Shown here: positions 15,201-28,300 of the stretch, one piece after another
Layout of the letters: each line of letters starts with the position of its first letter
Position numbering within the stretch: position 1 is the first letter of the stretch
Origin: Ascidiella aspersa
Lineage: Eukaryota
DNA length: 64,000 nt
Assembly: GCA_963924565.1 (NCBI GenBank)
Contig: OZ004609.1
Location: 27,218,001-27,282,000 of the forward strand
Reading direction: 5' to 3'
The notes under the pieces: generated by a model
Told to the model about the DNA's origin: nothing
Databases searched by the model: none
Seen by the model: only the letters and a program-made list of their open reading frames with translations
Made by a program: the position numbers and the translations under genes

Positions 15201-18200
15201 GACATTACATTACAAAATAACCATATTGAGAAGTTTAATGAGATGGATGAGGGATATTTACCGGGAGATTTCCAGCAAAGACTGGTCTCGGCTTGCGCAA
15301 TGATGTCGTCGATCTCTCTTAACTGTCCCTCGATCAACGGAGATTCAACATCCAATACATTGTTGCGAATCTTACAGGTATAATATTACTTTCAATTTAT
15401 CAAAAAAACGGTTACATGCAAGTAGGGATGTCCGATACGGAAGGAAAAAATATCAAATGTTTAAACGTATTTTTCAAAAGTTTAAACGTATATTTTACAC
15501 GTTTCTAAGACAAAAATTGCTTTACCTTTAAAAAGTTTGTTTACCTCGAGTTGTTAACCAACTTCTTTTTGATAAATCTATTTTTCAAAGTATAGAATCA
15601 GTGTGGTTCATCGCAAATCAATACTTAATTTTGTTTTGCCATCGGATCGGAATCGATATCACCCTAATATCGGACGAGTGCCAATACTACCACTTGGGCA
15701 TCGGTTCCTATCCGATATTATCGGACAGCTTACATGTAAGTTATAGGGGTGAAAATTAATTAATCATAATGTTATAGGAATAGCTTGATAGCTCTCCAGA
15801 GATATGCGTAACTAATTATATCAACTCAATTGCGTATGCGCTATACCTGGTTGTACCAGGCCACCGTGAGATTGAGGTTGGCGACGTACATCCTGAACAT
15901 GTCGTTTTTGGCGTAAAGCTTCGTTGCCACTTCGGGAATGTCAATGCGATTCTGGTACTTGAGATAGCGCACCTCGCGCAGCACCGCCACCAGCTGCGTC
16001 GACAAGCAATCACGTTAAGTCGGTGCCTATTAATTTTGTGACACTGAACCTCTTTACTTAAGAGAGGTAAGTGATCCAGTACACTTAAACCGACGCACAT
16101 TTACGCCGCTTCACTGAAAACGCGCGGGGACGCTTTTTGATTTGGATTCTTGCCAGCCTAATTAGACAACTTTAAGCCTATATTTAGAGCCCGAAGTTTA
16201 CAATTGTCACACGCTTTAATGAAAGGGTCGCAAAAACATGAGAATACTTTGTACGTTGATTTTAGAAGTAAGCTGCAAAAAATCCAAATAAAATCTCGAT
16301 GAAATATGGTGATACCAGCAGGCCCGGTTGCATTTCAGACCTTACCGCCAATGATCTTTGGCGTAAACTGTTGCCCAAAACCACGCCAAACGTCATCTGG
16401 AGTAAACTATCTCTTGTTACAATAAAAAATAGCTTTTTGGCGTCTATATCGCAGACTTTGGTGTCAGATTTCGGTAAAAAATATGTTTGCCAGCCAGAAG
16501 GTTACTTTTAAGAAATGCCAAACGTGTGAAAAAGCTCCGCTATTTGAAATTAGCAATGCTCAAAGTATAGTTCCAAATTACGGCACTACTTTTACCTAGG
16601 TATCAAATTTCAATTTGCAAGACTGCGATGGCATTAAAATCAATGTTGCCAAATACACAGATAATCCAGATCGCCCCACAGCAAACCTGCGGGTCAAAGT
16701 TGACTGTGATGAGCTGGGTATCCGGATTTCGGCTTATAAGCGGTTGACCGAGGTTGAACTTGCAAGCTTCTTCTACGCCGCTGGTCCACTGCTCGTAAAT
16801 CTTCGCCTCGTACCTGCAAGAAAAGTCGTTATTTAAACCATTTTTGCCACTTTTACTCGAACCTAATATTCGGAGCGGTTCAAACGTACATCCATGCCTA
16901 AGCTAAACAAGGAAAAACCCGTCCAGTGAGTAGGCAACAAATAAAACAGTTTATTTTTCTTTCGTAAAAAAATATTCACAAAAAGAAGACGTGGCAGCGA
17001 CACAAGCCATACTAATCGAATTGGGCAAAACAGATTTCACTTCGACATAAATAAATCTTTAGAGCAGTGCAAAATATACATGGGGTGCAGCCGTACGAAA
17101 AGGTATACAAGGGTGCATCACAAACTTTTAATGAACCATTAATATTTGACTTCTTAAGTTTGTTTAAATGCTGTCTTTTGACATGCAATAATACTCGCAA
17201 CCACATGCAGCCATAACCAAACTCTCACCTACAGTGTGTAAAACTTCAGCACCTCCGCTCGTTTTAATTGACGTGATAATTATTGATATTCATAATGATT
17301 TTTTATATTGCTTTTACCTCAGTTTACCTTTAAACAGGGTGAATGAGTTCGTCACAACAACACTAACGGTTAACCAAACCAAAAAACGTTGAAGAGCACT
17401 GCTTTAAAGAATACAACCTATACTTTAAACACTAATTTTACCAAAACGAAAGCGTTTACTTACTCCTTTATCAGTTTGAGCATCTGCTGGTGTTTCGCGA
17501 AAACCGCATCCGCCTCTTCGGACTTCATGCACCTTGAACGCAAAATTAAACGCTGTGTAAATTGCAAAATCATTCAAGTCGAGGTGGATTTTTCATTTTT
17601 TTAACGATTCCAAATGAAATTGCGGAGGAAATCAAGACGCAGGTTGAACACGTAACTCACAGTACGCTGAGCAATTGTACAAAGCAATAAACTCTCACGG
17701 GTGTTTGATGAAAGTGAAGCATTCGACCGGCCAACTGATGGACTCTCTCAGCTCCTGGGCCCACTTCAACTGTCCGGCAACAGGAGGCTGGTTCTTGTGA
17801 ATACAGGGTCGTAGAACATTTGGTGAATCGTCGCAGCTCTGCAAGGCAGGTAAACAGTCAAAATAACTAGCTAATAATAAAGTTAATAGCTAGTAATAAA
17901 TCCGTCGATATAGTGTCATTTTGTTATTGGTAATTGCACAGAAAATAAGTTTTTTTTGTTAGTTTATAAATATAAGCAGCTAACAAATCCCATGTCTATG
18001 TTGTTTAAAAAACCCTTTAAATGATTTCTACCAAAAGCTATGTTATTTTCTTCCAAAGGCTATGTTTTTCTTCCCAAGCTATGGTGAAGCTATCGGTGTA
18101 ACAAAGATAAAGCTTTTTTTAAGCAATGCATTTCAAAAACAGTAAACATACCTGATTGGAAGACTCGTCAACATGCTCATCAAACACCCTTTTTGATATG

Positions 18201-21200
18201 TCAAGACTCTGATTAAACTTGTCCAACAGTTGTGAATATTTATGGTCAAAATCTGCTTTGATGATTGGCCTATCTAGAAGACTGCCAAATATATTCAGCA
18301 TCTGTTGGACCAAATTCAAATTTAAAGTCGGTATTAACTTTAACCTTAACAACTAAATAGAGAAAAACAGGGTTTTTGTTTTCTTTAACCTTAAAAATAG
18401 AAGCCATGTCAGAGCAGTCATCAAATCCTTGGCAAATGATGTTTGCAAGTTGACGTTCCAAATCTGATAACTTTTCTGTGAAACATTCAAAGTCTTCCAC
18501 AAATGCCTGAAGTAGATAGCAATATGTTTTTGTTAAGTTCTAAAGTAAAGTAGTGTTTTCTTGGTACTTACAAGACAGTTAAAACTAATAAATTTATTTT
18601 TATTTGTTCAACTACGTTTAACAACACAAAGGACAAAAAACTTCATTTAACTTGTTTGTATTGGTATTTCCCAAAGATTAATTAGGTGGTTATTTATTTA
18701 ACACAAATGTGATTTACCGAATCTTCTGGGTCCAGTGGATTGTAAGTGCGCTCTCCAAAAACCTTGTAGATATCTTGAAATACATCAAATATATTAAGTA
18801 CAAGTTGGCTGAGCACACGACCTTTCACTCCACCAAACTCAATTTTTTCAAGTTTCATAAACTCTTGGCTTCTTTGAAAGAATTTCTACCAAAACAGCAT
18901 GTTGAGAAAACAATGTATTTTTTATAATGCATTTGACAACACTGTGACTGTTGTGTAATGTGTATGAAAGAAATAAAAATGAGGTTTTGGAATATAGTGC
19001 ATAATGGTTGCTAACATTTTATGTATATAATCATTTCTTACCATTACAATGTCAAGTCTTTCAATATATCTATCCATGCGTGAGAACACAAGGTCTGGTG
19101 CAAAATTCCATCTTCTAACTTTAGATTTGTCCTGAAAACAAATTGTTAAGCTCCTATAAGACATAAATTTTCAACTGTATCACACAATATTGCTTAACAT
19201 GGAAATTCATTACAACATTTCCGGCATAAAGTCAATATATAGTTAAAATAAAACAAAATAGCATACTTCGAAAAACTTGTCAATTGTTTTCTTATGTAGA
19301 TTAAAGCTCTCTTTGAATGCATGTAGAACTTTTAATGCACTCTTGACCCGATCCACAGTCTCGTCTAACTCTCCCTTAAGCAGGTCCTCAGGTGACAGAT
19401 ATGTGCATGACTACAAAAAACTAATTATGTGCATATATATCTTTTTAAACTTTGCAAACAAACTGATTTATTTGGTAAACATGTTTGCATAACTCTCCTC
19501 ACCTGGAAACGTAGGTACCATTTATCTAGCATTTAAACTAAAAAAATTCAAATCTAATTGTATTTACACTTATTAACCAATATTCAATTACTATTTGCTA
19601 ACCTATGAACTCAAGGGCAAACTGTAAGTGTGTACATACCACTTCAATAAGATAGTTACACATTTCCCTCAATAGGACAATGATGCGCACAGGGGTGTTG
19701 TAGTGGGTAGACCTGGACCAGATGAGGCAGATTACATGAAGCAGAGGGTTTAACTTGGGAATGGCCTAAAATTATATATATATTAACAATTAATAAAAAC
19801 AATCGATTTAACAACATTATGTACAAAATGTTTTAAATAATTCATAAGCATGGTGGTAAGCTTGCCTCTTCACCAAAGTCACATTGTTCTAGGTCATCCA
19901 AAAATGTTTGGAGTGGTCTCAAATGCATTTGAATGTCACGAGCTTCTCGCAAGGCTAAACAAAAATATGTCAATTTATTTTAGACAGCCAAACAGTATGG
20001 TGTAATATCTGATCATATAAGCAATATATTAACAGACTTGAGGGTACAGGTTTACTCTCCGATAGCTGGTAAACCATGAAAGAACAGAATTTTATATTGC
20101 TAAACACTTATGGACAATATATTAAAATCTGACAGACGAAACAGTTATCTATCAAAACTAATATACATAGGAACTACAAATACTAGTTATTTTCACATAA
20201 ATAAATACATTTTGCATCTGATAGAATTGTTTGCCAGCATTGTACCTGCAACTACATCAGTAAAGATATCTCGGAGAGCAGGGTAGTAGCTGCTACCTGA
20301 CAGCTCCAGAATTTTGGCCATTTTCTGTACTTTCGGTCGCTTTAGCTGTGAAAAAACAATTTGTATGTAAATTAAAAAGCACAAAATGTTTAATCTTCAT
20401 ATCCTAAAATAGTATCATTAGTAACACACTTTACACTTACAAAGTACGCAACTCTAAAAGTTACCTGAACGTAGATGCATTCCAAATTCACACATTTTGA
20501 ATTCCAAAACGAAATCTCGACGTTGGGCCCTGGATTGAGCCCCTCAAGCAAAGCCTGGGCCGAGTCCTGCTTAAGTACATCGCGCACCTGGTGGCTCCAA
20601 TCGATAACCACCGTCTCGATGGCGTGAAGAACAGTCCTGTGGAATTACATCTTGGATCTCTTCAAAACTTTTAATTACTTTACAAAACAATTCTGTAACT
20701 CTCCTGTTTGGAACTTGTGTTGACAATGCTTTGTTATATTGCTTAACTGTTATGTTCTTGATCGGTGCTATTTTTTATTCTGGTCCGTCTTTCTATTTTT
20801 TTGCGTAGGTTTAATAAAAAAAAGACCAGTCCTGCATTGCAATACCGAGTTTACTTTAAGGGAAAACACCGCTGTCGCGAAAACTCAACACAAATTCCAA
20901 ACTTTTTTACGTTCGGCCAATATTTAGCAATGCTATTCATACAAGTAAATTATTCCAGCTTACCCAGCCTAAAATGTTTTTTAATATGTTACAGGTAAAA
21001 GATTTTTTTTTTTATGAAATATTCCAATTGAAAAACGAACCTTTGGTCGCTGCACTTTTCGCCTTCAAGCTTCTCTGAGCCGACCGGCAAAGGAAGTAGG
21101 GTTTTACCCTTGACATGGCCAGCCACCACGTAAACGTTGCTCTTCAGTTTGTGGACGTGCCTCAATACGTCATCCGACACCACCACCGGCCAGCGTTGGT

Positions 21201-22030
21201 GATTGCCGTCGTTTGAAAGCAAGTGAGACAGCATCTGAGTACAAATTTGTTTATCACCATAATCGCGTTAAAATATTAACAAAATATTTTAAACTACCTA
21301 CCTCCTCAATCATAGGAGACATATGTTGTAGTGGTATTTGGGAAACGTCGCCGACAAATACCACTGTTCGTATGGTATTTGCGGTGACAGCTGTCTTTTC
21401 CTTTTTCACAAAGTACGTCCCTAAAGAAATAATGTTTAGTTTAATTAAACTCTAAAGGAATACAAAAGTTGTAAAAAAAGTTAAAGACCAACCTTTTTGT
21501 TTTAAACTAGTCGGAAAATCGTAGCTGGGAGAAAGCTGTCCGCTAGGTGAAGCGTAAATCACCAAACCGGGAACGTCGGCCTTGTCCAGAAATTCCTGAA
21601 TGAGTATTTGTAACTCCTCCTGTTGAATCATCTTGTTCCATTTGTCGACTTTCAAATTGAGCGTCTTTAACGTTTTGCTTTGCAGATAGTCCCATCTTTA
21701 CAAAAAAACGTTGCCTTACTACTTAAACTGTCTTATGTTGTTTCAATAGTAATGTAAAATTACTCCAAGTGTTAAATGTAGAATAAGTATCAAGGCCCAT
21801 GCAGAATTAGGTAGCATTTTAAAGTTAAAAAGAATAAAGAGATATTTAAAACGTTTAAAATAAAGCTATTTCTGTAAAGCTTTAAAATTCAGTCTAAGTG
21901 TAACTAAAATCTTGAACCATTATGCTCATATATTCCAGTGTTAATTGCTTAAACTTTAAATCAAGATGTTTATTTTCGTTTAGTAAGTTTTAAACAGGGA
22001 ACTATACCTTTGATCCGTAACTTCGGCCAT
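235..22030 (-). CDS. DNAH9/11/17: Axonemal dynein heavy chain, outer-arm beta type (DNAH9/11/17 family); N-terminal tail, linker and start of AAA1; gene continues beyond the left edge
   Basis: 39 exons were assembled by hand in one frame: 22030-22008, 21695-21493, 21420-21302, 21234-21041, 20636-20465, 20345-20246, 19954-19866, 19765-19640, 19410-19267, 19131-19042, 18885-18718, 18506-18390, 18301-18152, 17838-17699, 17532-17464, 16813-16687, 15993-15847, 15380-15262, 15125-15022, 14557-14417, 14070-13933, 13503-13315, 12870-12733, 12270-12154, 11640-11497, 10775-10572, 9597-9481, 7887-7657, 7129-6986, 6566-6408, 6034-5912, 5466-5344, 4687-4462, 4088-4003, 3941-3810, 3285-3133, 2343-2179, 1227-1027, 395-235. 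The protein starts [13 protein letters not shown]. Diagnostic motifs are [80 protein letters not shown] and [20 protein letters not shown]. The paralog within the beta clade cannot be resolved. Confidence 0.97.
782..925. mobile_element. Short non-autonomous hAT-type MITE
   Basis: 16-bp perfect TIR cagagttggatcaatt / aattgatccaactctg; 8-bp TSD gtagtggt / gttgtggt (7/8). Confidence 0.8.
2451..2753. mobile_element. Degenerate hAT/Charlie-like MITE
   Basis: Starts caggggtcatcaaactacggccc (typical Charlie/MER1-like end); a probable right end is gatgagcactg. Confidence 0.45.
7921..8771. mobile_element. Outer hAT-type MITE (same family as 11108-11480)
   Basis: Perfect 8-bp TSD ctttaggt (7913-7920 and 8772-8779). 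The right end is tttaagaacccctg. The internal catggaccc..ggggt..gt and cgtcatctctaaaaaaaa motifs are shared with the copy at 11108. Confidence 0.7.
7926..8436. mobile_element. hAT-type MITE inserted in the left end of another MITE
   Basis: TIRs cagtggttctcaac / gttgagaaaccctg; 8-bp TSD ggttaggg / ggttgggg. Confidence 0.75.
8790..9155. mobile_element. Third adjacent hAT-type MITE
   Basis: Degenerate TIRs agtggtgctcaac / gttaagaatcattg with subterminal ggggtgcc repeats; TSD not clear. Confidence 0.5.
11108..11480. mobile_element. Degenerate hAT-type MITE
   Basis: Left end cagtggttgttcaactaggtccatggacccc; similar to 8445-8771. Confidence 0.5.
15424..15730. mobile_element. MITE with agggatgtccgata TIR (copy 1)
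   Basis: TIR agggatgtccgata / tatcggacagct with ccgata/atcgg subterminal repeats; second copy at 24412-24726. Confidence 0.65.
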
Positions 22031-22088
22031 CTTTTCTTTCCTGGCCCAAGGCGGAACAGCGCAAAAGCTGCTTTCAACTCAAGGCAAA

Positions 22089-22258
22089 GTTGCCGCGACG
22101 TTCACTTACCAGCGATATCGCCTGAATTGTTTATTGTTTTGAAAGTTTCGCCTGCATTCGACAACAATAAACCTCAGTGACGTAACAAAAGAGTAACAAA
22201 TCTTACTTATGACTAAGGCATGTAAACAAAGGCCAGTTACTTCTGCCTACTTAGCGAC
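22089..22258 (-). promoter_or_regulatory. Candidate motile-cilia promoter elements of the dynein gene (forkhead site, imperfect RFX X-boxes)
   Basis: tgtaaacaaa at 22221-22230 (FoxJ1-type), cctacttagcgac at 22246-22258 and gttgccgcgac at 22089-22099 (X-box-like), all within 230 bp upstream of the ATG. These are short motifs, so this is an inference. Confidence 0.4.
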
Positions 22259-24301
22259 AACTGCAAGTGAAAACAGCAAAATCAGTAACATCTACTTGAA
22301 TATTGAAGTCGCCACTCTTCTCTATTTAGCTACCGCATTACACCAAAAAAGGATTTAGTCGAGCATCTGTCTCGGATTTCTTTTGAAAGTATTCGGTAAA
22401 GTGCCCTCATCATGGAGTGGTCTGGCCAGGCCAGTAGGACAGGGTCTTAGCAAAGAAATTATTTACCGGGTATTTTTATGGGACCCCCAAAAAACAGTAC
22501 TAGCCTAAACTTTAGTAATGTTGGTTTAGGTAATTAGAACATGTAAATAAACTTTTAGGTAAGGTTTCGTAGCGCAATTATGGAATGCCGCCTGTGTCTT
22601 CATTGCACCCTTTTGCAAATAAAAAACGGATTGATCTAATAAAATGGTTAGTGCGCAAATAAAATCTTTTGGGTTATTTTCAAGTGAATTGCAGCTTCTA
22701 TAGAGGCACAAAGCGTTGTACACCCTGTAGTCCCGGTCGTACCCCTGGAGTAAGGAGAGCGTTCAGTGGGTGAAAGTTTTCCAAATGAGATTGACGTCCC
22801 AGTTGAATCGATTGTCAAGAGTCCCTGCCGGCACTTGAATTCTCGAGGGCTCGTCCTTTTTCAAAAGCCCAACGTAGCCAATGCAATGCCATAGTGTTGT
22901 CGAATGTTTCCTAATGGGATATTGTCTTTTGCCTTGTCGGAAAATAAAATTTGAAATGTAGGCAATTGAGCCATGATTTGCGGGCCGCGAGCTATGTTTA
23001 ATAGTTTACCCTTTGTTTATCATATAGTTGTGGGTCGCGTCATTTTGTCGTACATTCAGTGTACTGTGCTAAGTTAATGCGGCTATGAGTTTTTATCTTG
23101 GCTCATTGTTGCACCACATGTCCTCTACTTTATCTGTATACTATAAATGCCTTTTCAAGCAATATTCGTCTTTATTTAATATACCTTATGTTTTACGTAT
23201 CCTTTTAATTAAAGTTTTGCTAACTTGAAAGAAAAAATGCTTTTTTTTTCGCGCTACGCGCGATTAGACTGCAATTTAGCTACATAAAAACAACATGTGT
23301 TTTTAAGATTTTTTTTACGTAACTTTCGACGTCATTAAAAAAATGGATCTTTCCCTGTTTTTAGTGGTGGGCGTTCAATAGCTATGAAAAAAGTATTTTG
23401 GGCCGCGACAAAACTAGTTTTACGGATCACTGGTCTTATCACTGCCAGTGATTAAAGCGATGTTTTTTAAACCTAATGTATTTACATCGTTGAACAGAAC
23501 GGACTAAAATTCGCAATGTGTTCTCCTATTCAGTAGTTTTCAAAAAAATGAGTAATAGCAGTTTTGGAAAATAATATATTTGCTTGCTTGCCTGATTAAA
23601 GTTTCTCGGATACTGGCGTATTTTTATTACTTACATTCGTCTTATGGATTGTCCTCATTGGCCAGTTTAGCCTCATTTTTAGCCTTTGTTACAATATCTA
23701 TTGTTTTTATTTAGTGGTGAAATCAAGCTATTTAATAATGTATATCCATTCCAGTTTTGATGAAACTCACGGACACGTTGTAAAATTAAACAACAATGTT
23801 TAAAAAAAAACTAAAGCTCCGCTGCGCTGCAAGTGGCTGTTTCAAAATTCACATCATCACCAATTTTTGTATCAGCCGCACATTAAGCGTTTATACTTGT
23901 ACCATCAGGGAAAACATAAGCACAGTGCTATAAGAGTATGTTGAGAAGAAGGTGCTGGATAAATACCACGTATCGCATTAGGTCGACGTTTGCAACGAAA
24001 AAGATCGCGCTGTTAAGTAATAAGTATGAACTGTTACGTGTTAGGAAACTATTTACACACCAATATTTTCATCTAACAAAGGATAAAGTCAAATGGTAAA
24101 AGCAGTCACACCGCGTTGACTATTAGGGTAACTATGTACACACCGAAGGCATAAAATAGTAAAATGCAAAAGAATCGCATCGATCATATAAAAAGTAAAA
24201 TGCAAAAAATCGCATCGGTGACTTAGTCGCAGTGTATTGATGTGCAAATATATGATAGGTAGGTTATCATACCACTAATAATGTAAACATGCTGTTAATT
24301 A

Positions 24302-24405
24302 CAGTGATTCCCAAACCGTGCATTGCTGTTCTGTTAAAAGTGTGCCGCAAAAATTTTTAAGATTTTTTAGTGTGCCGGCAAGCCAAAAAGATTTGAGAAC
24401 CACTG
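24302..24405. mobile_element. Short hAT-type MITE
   Basis: TIR cagtgattcccaaa / tttgagaaccactg with internal gtgtgccg repeats. Confidence 0.65.
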
Positions 24406-24411
24406 TGTTAA

Positions 24412-24726
24412 GTGGATGTCCGATATTTGGGAGTTCATTCCGATACCGGACATAATGGACAAACTACATCGCCGTCCGATACGATATAAAACGACGCCAT
24501 TGCGAAGATCAAACATAATTAATCAAATCGATAAGTGCAATAGAAAGGATTTTTTTTTTCGAGTTAATAAGCCGAAATGGAATGTTTTGAAGTTTACAGT
24601 CAAAGACAGAAAATCTAGGTTGAGTCACAAACATAGTTGAAATGTATAAATTAATTAGGTATTTGAATCGGCGACAAGCACTTCGCATCCGGTATCGGCT
24701 TCGATCCGATTTTATCGGACACCCCT
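24412..24726. mobile_element. MITE with (a)gggatgtccgata TIR (copy 2)
   Basis: gtggatgtccgata / tatcggacacccct; same family as 15424-15730. Confidence 0.65.
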
Positions 24727-25338
24727 AACAAGAGGTGACGTCACACTTTCGATAAGCTGGTGCAACAACTATTTTAAAAATACAGTATCAACAGTAACAA
24801 GTCCTATAGTATTAAACTGGCAGCTTTCTTATGCACAAGAAGCAACGTACGATCGGGTTATTGGACAAAAATCGAAAATTATTAACATGCTGTATGTATA
24901 AGGAAAGCTCGAGCAAATGAATTAGTCCAGATATAGTTTGTGCAAGTGACAAAGCATAGAGACATTTCACTTGAAAAATCATAAAAGAAAAACCATCGGC
25001 GTAAAGAAGATAATAGTGTAAAAAGGTAAACTTCGGCAAAAATCATATCCTAAAAATCGTTACACACAACAAAAGGTTCATTTCACCAAAAAGTATTTTT
25101 ACTCTCCTTAAATAGGGCCTAATTAACCAGAAAACATCGACAGATGTAGATCGTCCACGCCGTTGCTGAGCAACACAAATGTGATTCACGAAGATGCTGA
25201 ATTGCTTTAGACCACAATTAAAAATAAATAACATAACAAAAAAGTAACAGCATAAACAGGGCGAGAAATAAAGCGGTAAACATTGCATAGGGCGATTGTT
25301 GTATAGGAAAAGCGAATAAATACAGCTCAAACTCATTT

Positions 25339-28300
25339 TTACACCAGCCATGCAAAACGAGGCCAAAGCAAAGCAAGGACAACGCCAAGCAGCAAAGAGC
25401 TCCAAGAGACGTGGGTCCTATTGCTGCTTCCCCGACCACACGTCTCACCAGGCCGGCATGGAATTTCACAAATGATCCCTGCAAGACAAAGCAGCGGCGT
25501 TAAGCAGGGCATCAGGAAATATCGAATTGACAACGCAATGCGGGAACAGAATGCTTGAGACCTTCAGTCACAGTTCTATTTTCGGAATCGCGGTTTATCT
25601 GTCACTGCAGAATTGCGGGTGAGCAGAAATCTTATCTAAAGAATTTTGGGGGTTAAAACTGGTAAAGGGGCCATTCTTTAACCAGTTTAAAGAAACTGCG
25701 CGAATTCTTTAAAGGTGATTTATGCTTTTTTTAGTCCAGCGTGGCGAATGCAAAAATTAGGTTGAATGCGATTGTGTCCTTCATAGTTTTAGTTCATATT
25801 GTAAAGAAATTTGCATTTCTATATACGCACCAGTGCGTCCAATTTTAACCGCAATCCTGTAATATTATTTTAAACACATGTTTCATAAATACTATAGGCT
25901 TTATTCGATCTTGAAACCTAGGCCCACGTAATAGATCACAAAATGCTCTTGACTGATTGAATTATATCAATAGGTGAAAGGAAAAGTTACTCACAATAAA
26001 TTTTCAGGTAATTTTCGCAGGCTTAGCTTCAAAGTATTTTTATTTTGGTAGGTAAGGTAAATAAGCATTTATTTTAAAAGTTTGTTAGCAACTTCATCTA
26101 CAGATTCTAAAGCAATTCAAGGCTTTAAAATTAAGTGTTGTCAGTAAATAACGAGCATAAACAGATTTTACAACTTTATTATTCGTGTTTATCCTATTTG
26201 CCAACCGCAAATTTCCAAGTCCTGGTTTTACAGTAAACCTGAAGGGCAAACGAAAATAACGACGTTAAATCGGACTCTGCATAACGCCCCAGCGTACGAC
26301 CATAAACGCCCGGTCGAAGGCCGGCCGACCGTTGTAAAACTTGTTTGGTACCAGTTCGACCACCTTCGCGGCATATTTACGACTGCTCTGTCGTCATTGG
26401 GTGTTTTCAAGGAAACATCCCGCCTACAATATAGCCCAGTGACACGTACACAAAAAATGAACTGTAGACTCACCTGTGAAGCCTGCGCGGCACTGGCAAG
26501 TGATGGTGTCACTAACGAGGTGGCACGTGCCACCGTTCATGCAGACGCTAGCGCCAACAGGACAACGTGCCCGCGGCGGGTTTGTCGCCGATGTCGTTAG
26601 AGCCCTTCTGTCCCCAGTTGTCACCGTGACCTGAGCCGACGTCGTGGTCGTCTCTGTTGTAGGGCTTGTCGTCACTACGCTTTTGCTTGTCGTCCTCACT
26701 ACCTCTTTGGTCGTCGTTTCTGCCTTTTTGGTCGACTTCGTCGCTACGTTTATAGTTGCCGTCGACGATGCATTTGATGTCGCCGTGGTTGCTACATTTG
26801 TTGTCGCCAATGTCGCTCCCTCTCTTGTCGTATTTGCGGTAGTGGTGGCCTGCACGTTTACCTCGTTCTTTGGTGCGAACTTGCAGCCGGCAACCTCGTC
26901 GCTGGAGTCGCCGCAGTGATCTGTTCCGTCGCATCTCAGGTCGTCGCTTATGCACTTACCGCCGATGCCGCATTCGAACTTACCAACGCCGCAGCCTATT
27001 GGGGCAAAAGCAAAGTTTGTCAAGCCTCTTTGCTGAAAAGCATCGCTTACTGCTGTGCAACGATTTCGACAGCGTCCCGAGTGTTTGCTATAAACCTCGT
27101 TGATATCCAACCAACAAATTTAACCACATGTCAGAAAACAGCACTTACAAGAAATGCCGTACAAAATGCCCTATTTTAAGGAGTGTCAGGTACACATTGG
27201 TGCTTTTATTGCTTATTTATTAATTTAATAGCTATAGTTGAACAACCCGAGGGTCAGTACACAGCACGTTGAAGTTATTTTCCTCGGTAATATAGCCGTC
27301 AAGTTGTTACATATGGCCGAACAAGTGTTTGTTCCGGTCCTTGATATGTCCGGGGAATATTTGGTTTGCCGTTCGGCGCAGGTGAATACACGTGACGCCT
27401 GAACGTGAATCCAAACAACCAAAGTCAAGCCAAAGGAATTTACAATATTAGAATAAAGCTGAAGGTCAGGCGCGGCGGGAATACCGCCGAAGTTGACATT
27501 GGGTTCCAAACACGTACAAAAAAATAATTCTTGTATTATCTCGAAATGAGCATCTCGTTTGCGATTAGCACTCCGAATAAAGCTGGGGTTACCGCACGTC
27601 ATTTTATCTTGAGTTGCCAGCGGATTATCGCGTGGGCGCGTACAATGCCATTTAGAAACAGACCAATCTCGCTAATGGGTGAAAGCTCTGCGCGTGGGTG
27701 TCAGGGGCAACGCGGTTTAGACTGACGGGCCGTGGGAAACCAGTCTGTGGGACAAAACACTAAATTACCTTAACAAGATGTCGGACAACCGGACGGCCGT
27801 AATCGTGAATTTGATTTAATATTTCCCGTAGTTTAAACGGGTGTAACAATTGATTTTAGGAAATATATATTGAGTCGTGCCAATGCCATGGTGTTGCAGG
27901 CGTTGTTTCAAACAAGCGGCGTAATATTTTCACAGGTTTCCGGTATTTTGTTTGCAGTTCGGATAGATAACGTTGCAAGCGACATCTGGGTGAGTGCCGG
28001 GAAACCAACATGTCGCGTTTAGTTTGACGAGTCAACCGAAAAATCTCGAACTAAATGATATTCAAGGACCAAATATGGTGTTCCATTTGTAGAGCGTAAA
28101 AGCCAGGGTGGTTTTTGTGCAATCTATCATAGTATGTTTCGTTACTAAAATCGTACAGCGTTGTTTCAACCTAAATTGTGCGGAATTTCTGCAGAATTTA
28201 TAATCAGCTGAATGTTATTTGATAGTTTGTATAGTAAAACGACCATAGGCCTATATTGCCTCCAAGGGGGTCAATTATATTCTCTTAACCGGTATAGACG

